The translations under genes and the position numbers were made by a program. A DNA stretch of 64,000 nucleotides from Acholeplasmataceae bacterium (lineage in GTDB: Bacteria > Bacillota_I > Bacilli_A > Acholeplasmatales > Acholeplasmataceae): positions 96,001 to 160,000 of the forward strand of contig OY763415.1 in assembly GCA_963667565.1 (NCBI GenBank). Reading direction: 5' to 3'. Below the pieces are notes generated by a model. The model was not told the DNA's origin. It did no database searches and was given only the letters and a program-made list of their open reading frames with translations. Positions 1 to 10,015 of this stretch are shown piece by piece. Position 1 is the stretch's first letter. Every line of letters starts with the position of its first letter.

Positions 1-443
1 ATGGTTTAACGACAGCAATAGAAGATGGCACTAGTATTGCCGCAGGTGTATTAAGCGGAGGACTAAAAGGATTAGCAACAGGCGTAGCGATAGGATTAGG
101 TATAATGACAGGTGGTGGGGCCTTTTCTGCTCTTGGGGGGTTAGCAGCTTTTGGTGGATCATTAGCAGTTAACTTTGGAGCAGGTATTGGTTGTTATGCG
201 ATTGATTCAAAGATGAATAATAGAGGTTTTTCTTGGAATAGTGCAATTAATAATGGATTTAAACAAATGGCATCAGGAGCATTCGCTTTTGCCGCTGGAG
301 GTTTAATTGGCGTTTCTGGTTTTTATAATATTCCTGGACAAACAAAAATGTTTTCATCTCAATGGTTTGGAAATATAGCTTCGGGATTATTATTGAAGGC
401 TGTGTATTACTATGGAATAGACACTACGATTAGGATGATATAA
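1..443 (+). CDS. 5'-truncated Gly/Ala-rich hydrophobic C-terminal region of a probable Rhs/polymorphic toxin
   Basis: Frame is open from position 3 (GLTTAIEDGTSIAAGVLSGGLKGLATGVAIGLGIMTGGG...) to TAA at 441-443. Gly-zipper composition is typical of Rhs C-termini, and a small membrane gene follows immediately. Confidence 0.6.
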   Translation, partial: GLTTAIEDGTSIAAGVLSGGLKGLATGVAIGLGIMTGGGAFSALGGLAAFGGSLAVNFGAGIGCYAIDSKMNNRGFSWNSAINNGFKQMASGAFAFAAGGLIGVSGFYNIPGQTKMFSSQWFGNIASGLLLKAVYYYGIDTTIRMI

Positions 444-453
444 GGTGGTAAGA

Positions 454-960
454 ATGAAAATAAAATTAAAATCAAACAGGAAATTTATTGTCTATTTTAC
501 TTTTCCATTCATAATTTTTTATGCAGCATTTATTGTCTATTTTTTAGTAAGTCATATGCTAAAAACACTCGATATTTCTTTAAACTTAGGGTGGTTTATA
601 TCTAGTTTAATAATAGTAATGTTATTGATAGCGGTTCTTTTATTTGCAATATACTACAAAGGTAAAAATTATATTTTTAACGAGAAAAGCATTGAAGTAT
701 ATAACAAGAATATACTAATTAAAAAAATTCAAATAAGCAATGTAAGTATTATGCATTATTATCCTTGGCGTTTTCATTATTTAGTAACGGTTTTTTTTGG
801 AGCTTTAAATGAATGTGGTGCAAGCCAAATATATATCAAGGAAATTAATGGTTCAATTAGTAAAATTGGTTATATAAGTGAAAAGGATGCAATAATCCTT
901 CAAGAAAAACTGTATTCAAATAAGCTTGAGATAATACATGATAAAAGGAAGAATGATTAA
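454..960 (+). CDS. Two-TM membrane protein, candidate immunity protein
   Basis: Two hydrophobic helices then a soluble domain. AAGGTGG precedes ATG 454 (GTG 445 is an alternative start). Directly downstream of the toxin-like tip. Confidence 0.55.
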   Translation: MKIKLKSNRKFIVYFTFPFIIFYAAFIVYFLVSHMLKTLDISLNLGWFISSLIIVMLLIAVLLFAIYYKGKNYIFNEKSIEVYNKNILIKKIQISNVSIMHYYPWRFHYLVTVFFGALNECGASQIYIKEINGSISKIGYISEKDAIILQEKLYSNKLEIIHDKRKND

Positions 961-1134
961 TTTAATTTGAATATAAGTAAGAAAACTGAAGTTGGATTAA
1001 AAATTTAAAAAATATAACTTTACTCAGGAGTTTTTAAACATATGTTCCAGGATGTACTAAAAGTGTTACATGTAAACATTGCAATTGATGATATTTTATT
1101 TATAGATTTGATGCAGAGTATTCAAGAATGATTC

Positions 1135-1362
1135 ATGTTGTTTGGATTTATGTGTGAGAACATAATGCTTACTGAAAAGGATATCGGTATTAGTAAATTA
1201 GAAGATTACTACGCTTATGTACTTATTGCAAAAGTCATTTCCAAAGAGGACTGTGTAGTAGTTATTGGTGGTAAACTAATTAAACTAGATACCCCATTTC
1301 CTATCGATGTAGAAATAAATACAAAAGTAATGTTTTCAGTAAAAAGGCTAGATATAATTTAG
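1135..1362 (+). CDS. Small hypothetical protein, probably 5'-eroded
   Basis: 75-aa ORF with no clear RBS, within the decaying island. Confidence 0.35.
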   Translation: MLFGFMCENIMLTEKDIGISKLEDYYAYVLIAKVISKEDCVVVIGGKLIKLDTPFPIDVEINTKVMFSVKRLDII

Positions 1363-1374
1363 ATAATGAAAGGT

Positions 1375-1507
1375 AAACAGACTCAATATTATCAAATAGG
1401 TTAATCACCTAAGTTTTAATCACGAAATATTGAGTTTAATTGCCTATATTAAGCGGTTTTTTATAATTGATAAATTTGTGTATAATTGATTCATAATGAG
1501 TCTGTTT
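1375..1507. repeat. Inverted repeats upstream of the recombinase stub (possible att/recombinase-binding site)
   Basis: AAACAGACTCA (1375-1385) pairs with TGAGTCTGTTT (1497-1507). ACTCAATATT (1381-1390) pairs with AATATTGAGT (1426-1435). Confidence 0.5.
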
Positions 1508-1520
1508 GAAGGGTGTATTT

Positions 1521-1616
1521 ATGAATGACAATAAGATAACCACGCTATATTGTAGAATTTCAAGAGAAGATGACCTAATACAAGAGAGTTTAAGTATTGC
1601 AACACAAAAGAAGTAA
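1521..1616 (+). pseudogene. N-terminal stub of a large serine recombinase (resolvase-type catalytic N-terminus)
   Basis: Translates as MNDNKITTLYCRISREDDLIQESLSIATQKK*. It carries the Y-x-R-x-S catalytic motif and the S-I-x-x-Q motif. RBS GAAGGGTG and an extended -10 (TGTGTATAAT) lie upstream. Confidence 0.8.
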
Positions 1617-1633
1617 ATAGAGGAAAATGATTT

Positions 1634-2176
1634 ATGGGGAAAATACTAAAATCAATGTGTTTTTTATTAATTATCGCCAGCGTTTTTTTACTTACTGCTT
1701 GCGACTATGGATACTATTTATATCACGATCATATCCGTATAAATAGTGAAGTTAAAGAAATACAACTCATCAATTATCATAATCCAGTTGATGCAGAAAA
1801 TTCAACAGAGAACACTATTTTCGATGTTGAAAAACTTGTCGTACTTGAAACGCTTAATATAGACAATTACGAAAGTTTTTTGAGCGAACTATCTGAAATA
1901 GGTGGTCTTTCAAGCAAACTTGAACAAACTATTAATTCACCTAATGGTAAAGGTATTTTGATAACCTATCAAGATGATGGGTTTACGATTATCACTGTTT
2001 CTAATATTAACGACAATGATTGTATTTTTGTAGGACACTATGATGCAAATGCAGATATAGAAGGGTTTTACGGCATTTCTTGGCCTGAGATGATAGATGA
2101 TTTTAAGGCAATCATATTAAAGTATTTTGACACGACTATTGATTATAATGAAATTATTTCTAGTGGTATCTTATGA
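1634..2176 (+). CDS. Hypothetical lipoprotein
   Basis: Signal peptide with lipobox LTA-C; RBS GAGGA. Confidence 0.7.
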   Translation: MGKILKSMCFLLIIASVFLLTACDYGYYLYHDHIRINSEVKEIQLINYHNPVDAENSTENTIFDVEKLVVLETLNIDNYESFLSELSEIGGLSSKLEQTINSPNGKGILITYQDDGFTIITVSNINDNDCIFVGHYDANADIEGFYGISWPEMIDDFKAIILKYFDTTIDYNEIISSGIL

Positions 2177-2280
2177 AAATGCGCTGATAAGTATTTGAGT
2201 CTTAGCGAAGTTTTCTCTACTTTCTTTAACAGCAACAATATTCACACAAGGATTATCAATAGTACTTGAAACACCAAAAA

Positions 2281-2565
2281 AATGAATTTGTTTATAATTT
2301 AACATCATATGTGGTTATCTCTGATTATATTACTCCAGTGATGGATTATGATTCTTATGGGACATTTGATTGGGCAAGAATACTTTTGGCAGCGGGAATA
2401 GTAGCAAGTGGTGCTGCATTATTAGTCATAGGGTGAGGATCTATAGGTATTATTGTTATTGCATCCTTACCAGTACCAGGAGCTAGATCTGCAGCTGCAA
2501 CAGCTGGATTAATTTTGATTATTATCGGTTTTGTTGAATATGGAGATGGAGGATATTATCTATAA
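2281..2565 (+). pseudogene. Degenerate Rhs C-terminal cassette (toxin tip)
   Basis: Frame reads ...ITPVMDYDSYGTFDWARILLAAGIVASGAALLVIG*GSIG...GGYYL*. PVMxxDxxG resembles the Rhs core end motif. In-frame TGA at 2434-2436; the final TAA overlaps the next ATG (TAATG). Confidence 0.6.
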
Positions 2566-3047
2566 TGTTAAAGGATTGCATTTATTATGAGAATACTCAT
2601 AAATATAGACAGTGGTACGTTATTTTAGTAGTGCTTTTTTTCATTGGATTTATATGTGGGATGAGTGCGATAATTGTTTATCATGTTATAAAACCTGTTG
2701 ATTTGTTGGCGCAATATCATCCAAAAGGAGAAGAGTTTGTAGGCACTATAACTAGTAGTATATTCTTAGTTTATTTTGCTGTTCTTTCTTATAGATCAAA
2801 AAATCACGTTCAGTCTATTTGTATAAATGAAAGTAAAGTGAAATTAGTAATTAGGAATAAAGAAAGAGTTTTTTATAAATCTGATTTTATCAGCTTTCAA
2901 GTTTCTAGAAATTATTTGTTCTATGTAGAATATATCTTGAACTTCAAGGACATGACCAATATTATGATAGTTTCACAGAAAAAAAATAATATATCAAATA
3001 TTTTAAATGAAATAATTAAACATAATGTAGAGCAAGTAATTGTATAA
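2565..3047 (+). CDS. Two-TM membrane protein, candidate immunity protein
   Basis: Translationally coupled to the toxin-tip remnant; same two-TM plus soluble-domain layout as 454-960. Confidence 0.6.
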   Translation: MLKDCIYYENTHKYRQWYVILVVLFFIGFICGMSAIIVYHVIKPVDLLAQYHPKGEEFVGTITSSIFLVYFAVLSYRSKNHVQSICINESKVKLVIRNKERVFYKSDFISFQVSRNYLFYVEYILNFKDMTNIMIVSQKKNNISNILNEIIKHNVEQVIV

Positions 3048-3176
3048 ACAAATGGGACATAACTAGATTTATTCAAAAAAGTAATTATCCTCGAAAAAAG
3101 GATGAGCACAAAAAGCGCGTTGTAAGGTCTATTATGTACATGTTGGACTAGTATGATGCTTATCTCTGAATACATT

Positions 3177-3581
3177 CCTTCAGTCATGTATATCGATAGC
3201 ACTGGAAATAACATATAAGCTGAAGCTCTAAAAGGAAGTGTAGTAGGTGGAGCACTTATTTGTTGTTGCAACCGTTTATACAACTATTAATTAATTTAGT
3301 AGTTATAAGGTATTATTTCTATATTGTCTGAGAATTCTATTATCCAATAATATTTATTGAAATAAAAAGATATGAGCACATTCAAGTATGACAAACTATT
3401 TTACATATTCCGATAAATTGGGTCTTCCTGAAATTCTTTAAAGATCAGATTTTATTAAACCAGCACATGATGGAAAGAAACACTATGATTATACAGATAA
3501 CAATGGAGAATGTTTGAAGATGGTACTGTAGAACCAAGTAATGGACATATATCTGGTGTAGAAACTGAAAATGGAGAGTAA
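3177..3581 (+). pseudogene. Degenerate Rhs C-terminal cassette with an Ntox37-like tip
   Basis: VMYIDSTG at 3183-3206 matches the Rhs DPxG-type motif. Broken frames give KPAHDGKKHYDYTD and QWRMFEDGTVEP...NGE*, with the stop at 3579-3581. Confidence 0.5.
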
Positions 3582-3586
3582 AACAA

Positions 3587-4222
3587 ATGAAAATATATGA
3601 TTATTTGAAATTAAGTGATGGAGAAAAAGTAATCAGAGAACAATTGGATATAATTCAAAAAAAAAGAATAAATAAATTTTCAGAAGATGATATCGTATAT
3701 ATACTTCATAAATTTATAGACCCTGAAAGGGTTTTAATTAAAAAATTTTCACAAGTTATATCGGTTGATGTAAAAAATAAGTCTATGGTGGAAATATATG
3801 ATACTATAAAAAAATTTTTCACTGATGAAGTTTTATTTATAACTAATTGGGACATTGCCAGAAATACTGACGAATGGGCAAAAAGAGATGAGCATTATAA
3901 TGCACATGTTGATAAGAAAATTGATTTATGGAATTATAACGAAAAAACTGAAGAGTTTTACAACAGTGAAACATATTATGAAATCAAAAAAGAAAACTAT
4001 GATGAAAAAACATTTTTCCAGATCATAGACGAATTTAAAAGTTTCGAGAATTACCATGGATATTTGATAGATAGGACAAAAATTGAATCTTTTAAGAATT
4101 ATATGGAACTAAAAGATAAAAAAAACGCTAAAGATAAATTGATAGATAGTTTTAACAAATCAGTAAAAGGATATTTTTCTGGTATCCATGAACATGAAAT
4201 TCTATTTGTAATTCTAAAATAA
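3587..4222 (+). CDS. Soluble hypothetical protein, candidate immunity protein
   Basis: 211-aa ORF with RBS GGAGAG, starting 5 nt after the toxin-remnant stop. Confidence 0.6.
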   Translation: MKIYDYLKLSDGEKVIREQLDIIQKKRINKFSEDDIVYILHKFIDPERVLIKKFSQVISVDVKNKSMVEIYDTIKKFFTDEVLFITNWDIARNTDEWAKRDEHYNAHVDKKIDLWNYNEKTEEFYNSETYYEIKKENYDEKTFFQIIDEFKSFENYHGYLIDRTKIESFKNYMELKDKKNAKDKLIDSFNKSVKGYFSGIHEHEILFVILK

Positions 4223-4455
4223 ATATTGGTTAAACTCTTCTTGAGTTATAGTTAACTATATAATATAGTGTCATATTTTTATACCCGCAAACAAGCACCG
4301 ACATGTCATTCATTTGAATCCGTGCTCTTTCTTTTGGGTCATTAAAAAATAGCAAAGAAATGAATAAAATTTCATCGATTGAAAAGTTTTTCATGTGTTT
4401 CAGCAAAATAGAAAGTGATATCTTACTATTGTTAGGATATTAGAGGAGATTACTA

Positions 4456-5262
4456 ATGAACATTGAAGAATATGTAGAATGGCTATATGATTTTGAAGAA
4501 GATTTACTCATAAGTGAACCATCATCAATAATCATAGAACAATATATGGATACGGGAAGAATAGGAACCAGATTCATCAATAATCTGATGGAAGAATATG
4601 GTGAACTTTTTAATGAGCCTGTAAATGGTATTAAAACAAAAATTTTGCTAGTTTTTACTATGAAGTCTTTGCAGGTGAAAACTTTGATAGAGATTGATGA
4701 ATCTCAAGTGGTTCATCTAAATGATAAATATGTTGACATGTTTCAGCGTATAAAAACTGATGATGTTTTCAAAATAACAAAAAGAAGAAAAAAAATAGAA
4801 CTTGGCGAGTTAGCACAACTCAAAGAACATGCTATTTATAGAATGAAATTTGATTTTGATGAAAAAAAATATATATATTTTTATACAATTGACCTTTCGG
4901 ATTTAAAAAGAGATAGATCATTCCAGCTTATATTATTTGATTATTTTGATGAAAATACAGATGTTAACTTTAGTCAGTATGATATACTACAACTGCCTTT
5001 TCTGTATATTCCAGCAACTGCAACTAGACCACCACTCTATAAGAGAAATTTTTTGGTTGCTGTCACATATTCAAGTACTCAAATGATCAGCAAGTATAAT
5101 ATTGAATTTATACAAGATTATTCTTTATCGCAAAAACAACGCTTTTCAATAACTGATGAATATGGAGAAATAAAAAGGTCAGTTTCCATTATTAGGGAAG
5201 CAAGCTTTTCTGAATGGTTACATAAAACCTTTTTATTGGATAAAAAGCTAAGCAATAAGTAG
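4456..5262 (+). CDS. Hypothetical protein
   Basis: 268-aa ORF with a strong RBS (GAGGAG) and its own terminator; no recognisable motif. Confidence 0.7.
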   Translation: MNIEEYVEWLYDFEEDLLISEPSSIIIEQYMDTGRIGTRFINNLMEEYGELFNEPVNGIKTKILLVFTMKSLQVKTLIEIDESQVVHLNDKYVDMFQRIKTDDVFKITKRRKKIELGELAQLKEHAIYRMKFDFDEKKYIYFYTIDLSDLKRDRSFQLILFDYFDENTDVNFSQYDILQLPFLYIPATATRPPLYKRNFLVAVTYSSTQMISKYNIEFIQDYSLSQKQRFSITDEYGEIKRSVSIIREASFSEWLHKTFLLDKKLSNK

Positions 5263-5355
5263 CAATGTATAAGTATTAAAGATCACTATAAATACACAAG
5301 ATGTAATTACATTTGTTTTTCATCAAATAGAAGTCATGCATACTTTAAATAAACC

Positions 5356-5401
5356 AGCCAAATCTCAATTATAAATTATGATTATTGAGATTTGGCTTTT
5401 T
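5356..5401 (+). terminator. Intrinsic terminator
   Basis: 14-bp IR AGCCAAATCTCAAT / ATTGAGATTTGGCT followed by a T run. Confidence 0.75.
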
Positions 5402-5435
5402 ATGTAAAAATAAGTAAAAAATATTTATAAAATTA

Positions 5436-5464
5436 TTGACATTAAAGAGCCTTTATTATATAAT
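5436..5464 (+). promoter_or_regulatory. sigma70/A promoter of the str operon
   Basis: TTGACA-17 nt-TATAAT, perfect consensus. Confidence 0.9.
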
Positions 5465-5586
5465 TAAAACGCTGTGTGATTTACACACAATACGAATTAT
5501 TTTATTGGCTCTATGAAGCCAAAAAAATTTTTTAGACCAAAAAAAGAAACGCATGGATATGTGTCTATAGAAAGGAGAACAATCAT

Positions 5587-6006
5587 ATGCCTACAATGCA
5601 ACAACTTGTAAAAAAAGGAAGAACTGACAAAAAATACAAATCAAAGTCACCTGCACTTGGATACGGTTATAACAGTTTACAAAAGAACGAAAGTGTTTAT
5701 GCATCGCCACAAAAACGTGGAGTATGTACACGTGTTACAACAATGACACCTAAAAAACCAAACTCAGCGCTACGTAAATATGCCAGAGTACGTTTAAGTA
5801 ATCAAACTGAAGTAACAGCATACATCCCAGGAATTGGACATTCACTTCAAGAACATAGTGTTGTCTTAATTCGTGGAGGACGTGTAAAAGACCTTCCAGG
5901 GGTACGTTATCACATCGTACGTGGTACATTAGATGCTTCAGGAGTGGCTAACCGTCAACAAGCTCGTTCAAAATATGGTGCTAAACGCCCAAAAGCAAAA
6001 AAATAA
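5587..6006 (+). CDS. rpsL: 30S ribosomal protein S12
   Basis: [10 protein letters not shown] and [12 protein letters not shown] motifs. Confidence 0.99.
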   Translation: MPTMQQLVKKGRTDKKYKSKSPALGYGYNSLQKNESVYASPQKRGVCTRVTTMTPKKPNSALRKYARVRLSNQTEVTAYIPGIGHSLQEHSVVLIRGGRVKDLPGVRYHIVRGTLDASGVANRQQARSKYGAKRPKAKK

Positions 6007-6057
6007 ACTAAAAAATAACTAAAAGATAAAAATCTTATTGAAAGGAAAGGTGAACTT

Positions 6058-6528
6058 ATGCCACGTAAAGGACATATAGTAAAACGCGACGTTTTACCTG
6101 ATCCAATTTACCAATCTAAGTTAGTAACAAGAATTGTCAATACTATCATGTTAGATGGTAAAAAAGGAACTGCACAAAGTATTTTATACGGTGCATTTAA
6201 CCGCGTAAAGGATGTAACTGGACGCGAACCAATTGAAGTATTTAATGAAGCTTTAAATAATATTATGCCTGTAATCGAAGTTCGTTCTAGACGTATTGGT
6301 GGTCAAAACTATCAAGTACCAGTCGAAGTAAGAGCTTCACGTAAACAAACTTTAGGCTTAAGATGGCTAATCAACTATGCAAGACTCAGAAATGAGAAAA
6401 CAATGGAAGAAAGATTAGCAAAAGAAATTATGGACGCAGCAAATGGAACAGGTGCTGCTGTTAAGAAACGTGAAGATGTGCATAGAATGGCTGAAGCAAA
6501 TAAAGCATTCGCACACTACCGTTGGTAA
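6058..6528 (+). CDS. rpsG: 30S ribosomal protein S7
   Basis: MPRKG start, [23 protein letters not shown]. Confidence 0.99.
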   Translation: MPRKGHIVKRDVLPDPIYQSKLVTRIVNTIMLDGKKGTAQSILYGAFNRVKDVTGREPIEVFNEALNNIMPVIEVRSRRIGGQNYQVPVEVRASRKQTLGLRWLINYARLRNEKTMEERLAKEIMDAANGTGAAVKKREDVHRMAEANKAFAHYRW

Positions 6529-6546
6529 GAGAAGGAGAATTAAATT

Positions 6547-8619
6547 ATGCCTCGTGTATTCCCGTTGAACAAAGTTCGTAACATAGGAATTATGGCTCAT
6601 ATTGATGCCGGTAAAACAACAACGACAGAAAGAATTCTTTTCCATACAGGTAGAATTCATAAAATCGGTGAAGTTCACGAAGGTGCAGCTACAATGGACT
6701 GGATGGCCCAAGAACAGGAACGTGGTATTACGATTACTTCTGCTGCGACAACGGCATTCTGGAAAGATCATAAAGTAAACATTATTGATACTCCAGGTCA
6801 CGTTGATTTCACAGTTGAAGTGTCACGCTCACTGCGTGTTCTAGATGGTGCAGTTACAGTTTTAGATGCACAAGCCGGAGTTGAACCTCAAACTGAAACA
6901 GTTTGGCGTCAAGCTACTGAGTATAAAGTTCCAAGAATCGTGTTCATTAATAAAATGGATAAGATTGGTGCTGATTTCGCAAAATCAATTAAAACTATTC
7001 ATAATCGTTTAGGTGTTAAAGCTGTGCCAGTACAATGGCCAATTGGCGCTGAAGCTGAATTTGATGGTGTGATTGATTTATTAACTAGAAAAGCTTACCA
7101 TTTTGATGGTGGTGCTGAAGAAATCGCACAAGAAATAGAAATTCCAAGTCATTTAGTTGATATCGTTGAAGAAAAACGTATGGAGTTAATTGAAGCAGTT
7201 GCTGATTTTAACGAAGATATCATGATGGCTTACCTTGAAGGTGAAGAAGTCAATATTGAAGATGTTAAGAAAACCATTCGTAAAGCAACTTTAGATGTTA
7301 AATTCTTCCCAGTTATTTGTGGTACTGCATTTAAGAACAAAGGTGTTAAATTATTACTAGATGCTGTCATTGATTATTTACCAGCTCCAACAGATATTGC
7401 TGCTGTGATTGGTGAAGATGAAGACGGAAATCAAGTAGAACGTCATCCAAACGATGATGAACCATTTACAGCTTTAGCATTTAAAGTGATGACTGACCCA
7501 TATGTTGGACGTTTAACATTCTTCCGCGTATATTCAGGTAAAATTTCTGCTGGTTCTTATGTATTAAACACAAATAAAGATGAAAAAGAAAGATTTGGAC
7601 GTATTCTTCAAATGCATGCGAACAATCGTGAAGAAATCACGGATGTTTATGCAGGTGATATTGCAGCCGTTGTTGGTTTAAAGAACACAACAACTGGTGA
7701 TACTCTAGCTATGGTTGGAGATGATATCATTTTAGAATCAATGGTATTCCCTGAACCTGTTATTAACGTCGCAATTGAACCAAAGACTAAGCAAGATCAA
7801 GATAAGATGAGTGCAGCTTTAGTTAAACTTGCAGAAGAAGATCCAACATTCAAAACTTTTACTGACCATGAAACAGGTCAAACCATTATTGCTGGTATGG
7901 GTGAATTACACTTAGATATTATTGTTGACCGTATGAAACGTGAGTTTAAAGTTGAAGCAAACGTTGCTGAACCTCAAGTATCATATAGAGAAACCATTAG
8001 TGCACCAGCTGAAATTGAAGCGAAATTCATTCGTCAATCAGGTGGACGTGGACAATATGGACATGTCGTCATTGATTTCGAACCAAACCCAGGTAAAGGA
8101 TTTGAATTCGTGGATAAAATTGTTGGTGGTGTGATTCCTAGAGAATACATTCCAGCAGTTCTAAAAGGTCTTGAAGAAGCATTACCTAATGGTATTATTG
8201 CTGGTTATCCAGTATTAGATATTAAAGCAACTCTTAAGTTTGGTTCATATCATGATGTTGACTCATCTGAAATGGCTTATAAGATTGCTGCTTCTATGGC
8301 TTTAAAAGATACAAAAACAAAATGTTCTCCAGTATTACTAGAACCAATCATGGACGTTGAAGTTGTTACTCCAAATGATTATGTTGGTAACGTTATTGGT
8401 GATATTACATCACGTCGTGGACGTTTAGAAAGTCAAGAAGGACGTGGAAATGCAGTTGCAATTAGAGCTTATGTACCACTATCTGAAATGTTTGGTTATG
8501 CGACATCTCTTCGCTCAAACACTCAAGGTCGTGCAAACTTCATCATGCAATTTGCTCACTATGATAGAACACCTAAATCTATTATGGATGAAATCATTAA
8601 AAAGCGCGGCTCTAATTAA
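6547..8619 (+). CDS. fusA: Elongation factor G
   Basis: [32 protein letters not shown]. Confidence 0.99.
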   Translation: MPRVFPLNKVRNIGIMAHIDAGKTTTTERILFHTGRIHKIGEVHEGAATMDWMAQEQERGITITSAATTAFWKDHKVNIIDTPGHVDFTVEVSRSLRVLDGAVTVLDAQAGVEPQTETVWRQATEYKVPRIVFINKMDKIGADFAKSIKTIHNRLGVKAVPVQWPIGAEAEFDGVIDLLTRKAYHFDGGAEEIAQEIEIPSHLVDIVEEKRMELIEAVADFNEDIMMAYLEGEEVNIEDVKKTIRKATLDVKFFPVICGTAFKNKGVKLLLDAVIDYLPAPTDIAAVIGEDEDGNQVERHPNDDEPFTALAFKVMTDPYVGRLTFFRVYSGKISAGSYVLNTNKDEKERFGRILQMHANNREEITDVYAGDIAAVVGLKNTTTGDTLAMVGDDIILESMVFPEPVINVAIEPKTKQDQDKMSAALVKLAEEDPTFKTFTDHETGQTIIAGMGELHLDIIVDRMKREFKVEANVAEPQVSYRETISAPAEIEAKFIRQSGGRGQYGHVVIDFEPNPGKGFEFVDKIVGGVIPREYIPAVLKGLEEALPNGIIAGYPVLDIKATLKFGSYHDVDSSEMAYKIAASMALKDTKTKCSPVLLEPIMDVEVVTPNDYVGNVIGDITSRRGRLESQEGRGNAVAIRAYVPLSEMFGYATSLRSNTQGRANFIMQFAHYDRTPKSIMDEIIKKRGSN

Positions 8620-8629
8620 TCTTAGTTGC

Positions 8630-8658
8630 TTGCAAAAATAGGTAATTTCATATAGAAT
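8630..8658 (+). promoter_or_regulatory. Internal promoter for tuf
   Basis: TTGCAA-17 nt-TAGAAT in the fusA-tuf spacer. Confidence 0.65.
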
Positions 8659-8712
8659 AAATATGATAACAATAAAATTAATTTCTAAAATAAATTAGGA
8701 GGAAATATTACA

Positions 8713-9897
8713 ATGGCAAAACAAAAATTCGAAAGAACTAAACCCCATGTTAACATTGGTACAATTGGCCACGTTGACCATGGTAAAACATCTTTAACAG
8801 CTGCTATCACTACAGTATTAGCTAAAAAAGGATTTGCTGAAGTTAAAGACTATGCATCAATTGATAGTGCACCAGAAGAAAAAGAACGCGGTATTACAAT
8901 TAATACTGCACACGTAGAATACCAAACTGAAGCTCGCCACTACGCTCACGTAGACTGCCCAGGTCATGCTGACTATGTCAAAAACATGATTACAGGTGCT
9001 GCTCAAATGGACGGTGCGATCTTAGTAGTATCTGCTGCAGACGGCCCTATGCCTCAAACAAGAGAACACATCTTATTATCAGGACAAGTAGGCGTTCCTA
9101 AGATGGTTGTATTCTTAAACAAATGTGACTTAGTCGATGATGATGAATTATTAGACTTAGTTGAAATGGAAGTACGTGAATTATTAACTGAATATGATTT
9201 CCCAGGAGATGATGTTCCAGTAATCCGTGGATCAGCTGTTGGTGCATTAAATGGTGATGAAAAATGGGTTAAATCAATTGAAGAATTAATGGATGCTGTA
9301 GATGCTTACATCGACACTCCAAAACGTGATACTGATAAACCATTCATGATGCCAGTTGAAGACGTATTCACAATTACAGGTCGTGGTACAGTTGCTACTG
9401 GACGTGTTGAACGTGGACAAGTTAGAGTTGGTGATCCAATTGAAATCGTTGGTATTACTGAAACTAAACAAACTGTTGTTACTGGTGTTGAAATGTTTAG
9501 AAAATTATTAGACTACGCAGAAGCTGGAGATAACATTGGTGCATTACTTCGTGGTGTTAACCGTGACCAAGTTGAACGTGGACAAGTATTAGCTAAACCT
9601 AAATCAGTTCACCCACACTTCAGATTTGAAGCACAAGTTTACGTATTATCAAAAGAAGAAGGTGGACGTCATACTGCATTCTTCTCAAACTATAGACCAC
9701 AATTCTATTTCACTACAACTGATATTACAGGTGTTATTACACTTCAAGAAGGTACTGAAATGGTTATGCCTGGTGATAATACTGTCATGACTGTAGAATT
9801 AATTCACCCAATCGCATTAGAAGAAGGAACTAAGTTCTCAATTCGCGAAGGTGGACGTACAGTTGGTGCTGGTTCAGTTACTAAGATTTTAGAATAG
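8713..9897 (+). CDS. tuf: Elongation factor Tu
   Basis: [32 protein letters not shown]. Confidence 0.99.
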   Translation: MAKQKFERTKPHVNIGTIGHVDHGKTSLTAAITTVLAKKGFAEVKDYASIDSAPEEKERGITINTAHVEYQTEARHYAHVDCPGHADYVKNMITGAAQMDGAILVVSAADGPMPQTREHILLSGQVGVPKMVVFLNKCDLVDDDELLDLVEMEVRELLTEYDFPGDDVPVIRGSAVGALNGDEKWVKSIEELMDAVDAYIDTPKRDTDKPFMMPVEDVFTITGRGTVATGRVERGQVRVGDPIEIVGITETKQTVVTGVEMFRKLLDYAEAGDNIGALLRGVNRDQVERGQVLAKPKSVHPHFRFEAQVYVLSKEEGGRHTAFFSNYRPQFYFTTTDITGVITLQEGTEMVMPGDNTVMTVELIHPIALEEGTKFSIREGGRTVGAGSVTKILE

Positions 9898-9914
9898 TAT
9901 CTAAAATGACATAT

Positions 9915-9942
9915 AAAGCATAGCGAAAGCTGTGCTTTTTTT
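9915..9942 (+). terminator. Intrinsic terminator after tuf
   Basis: AAAGCATAGC-GAAA-GCTGTGCTTT followed by a T run. Confidence 0.9.
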
Positions 9943-10015
9943 GTTTGTGTAAATTTATGTGTGAAAAAAGCATGAATGAACTTTCTATGTTAAAATAACA
10001 TAGAGGTATATTGAT

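Noticed and set aside
2434..2436. In-frame TGA as Trp (genetic code 4) or selenocysteine
   Set aside because: Core genes use TGG for Trp and several end in TGA (tsaC, cca, rpiB). A GGA>TGA nonsense change in a pseudogene is simpler.
2921..3283. Minus-strand 120-aa ORF
   Set aside because: Antisense to an intact gene and to an Rhs-like remnant; no motif or RBS.
8713..9897. EF-Tu variants GKTS and FYFTTTD
   Set aside because: Isolated substitutions with no supportable functional claim.
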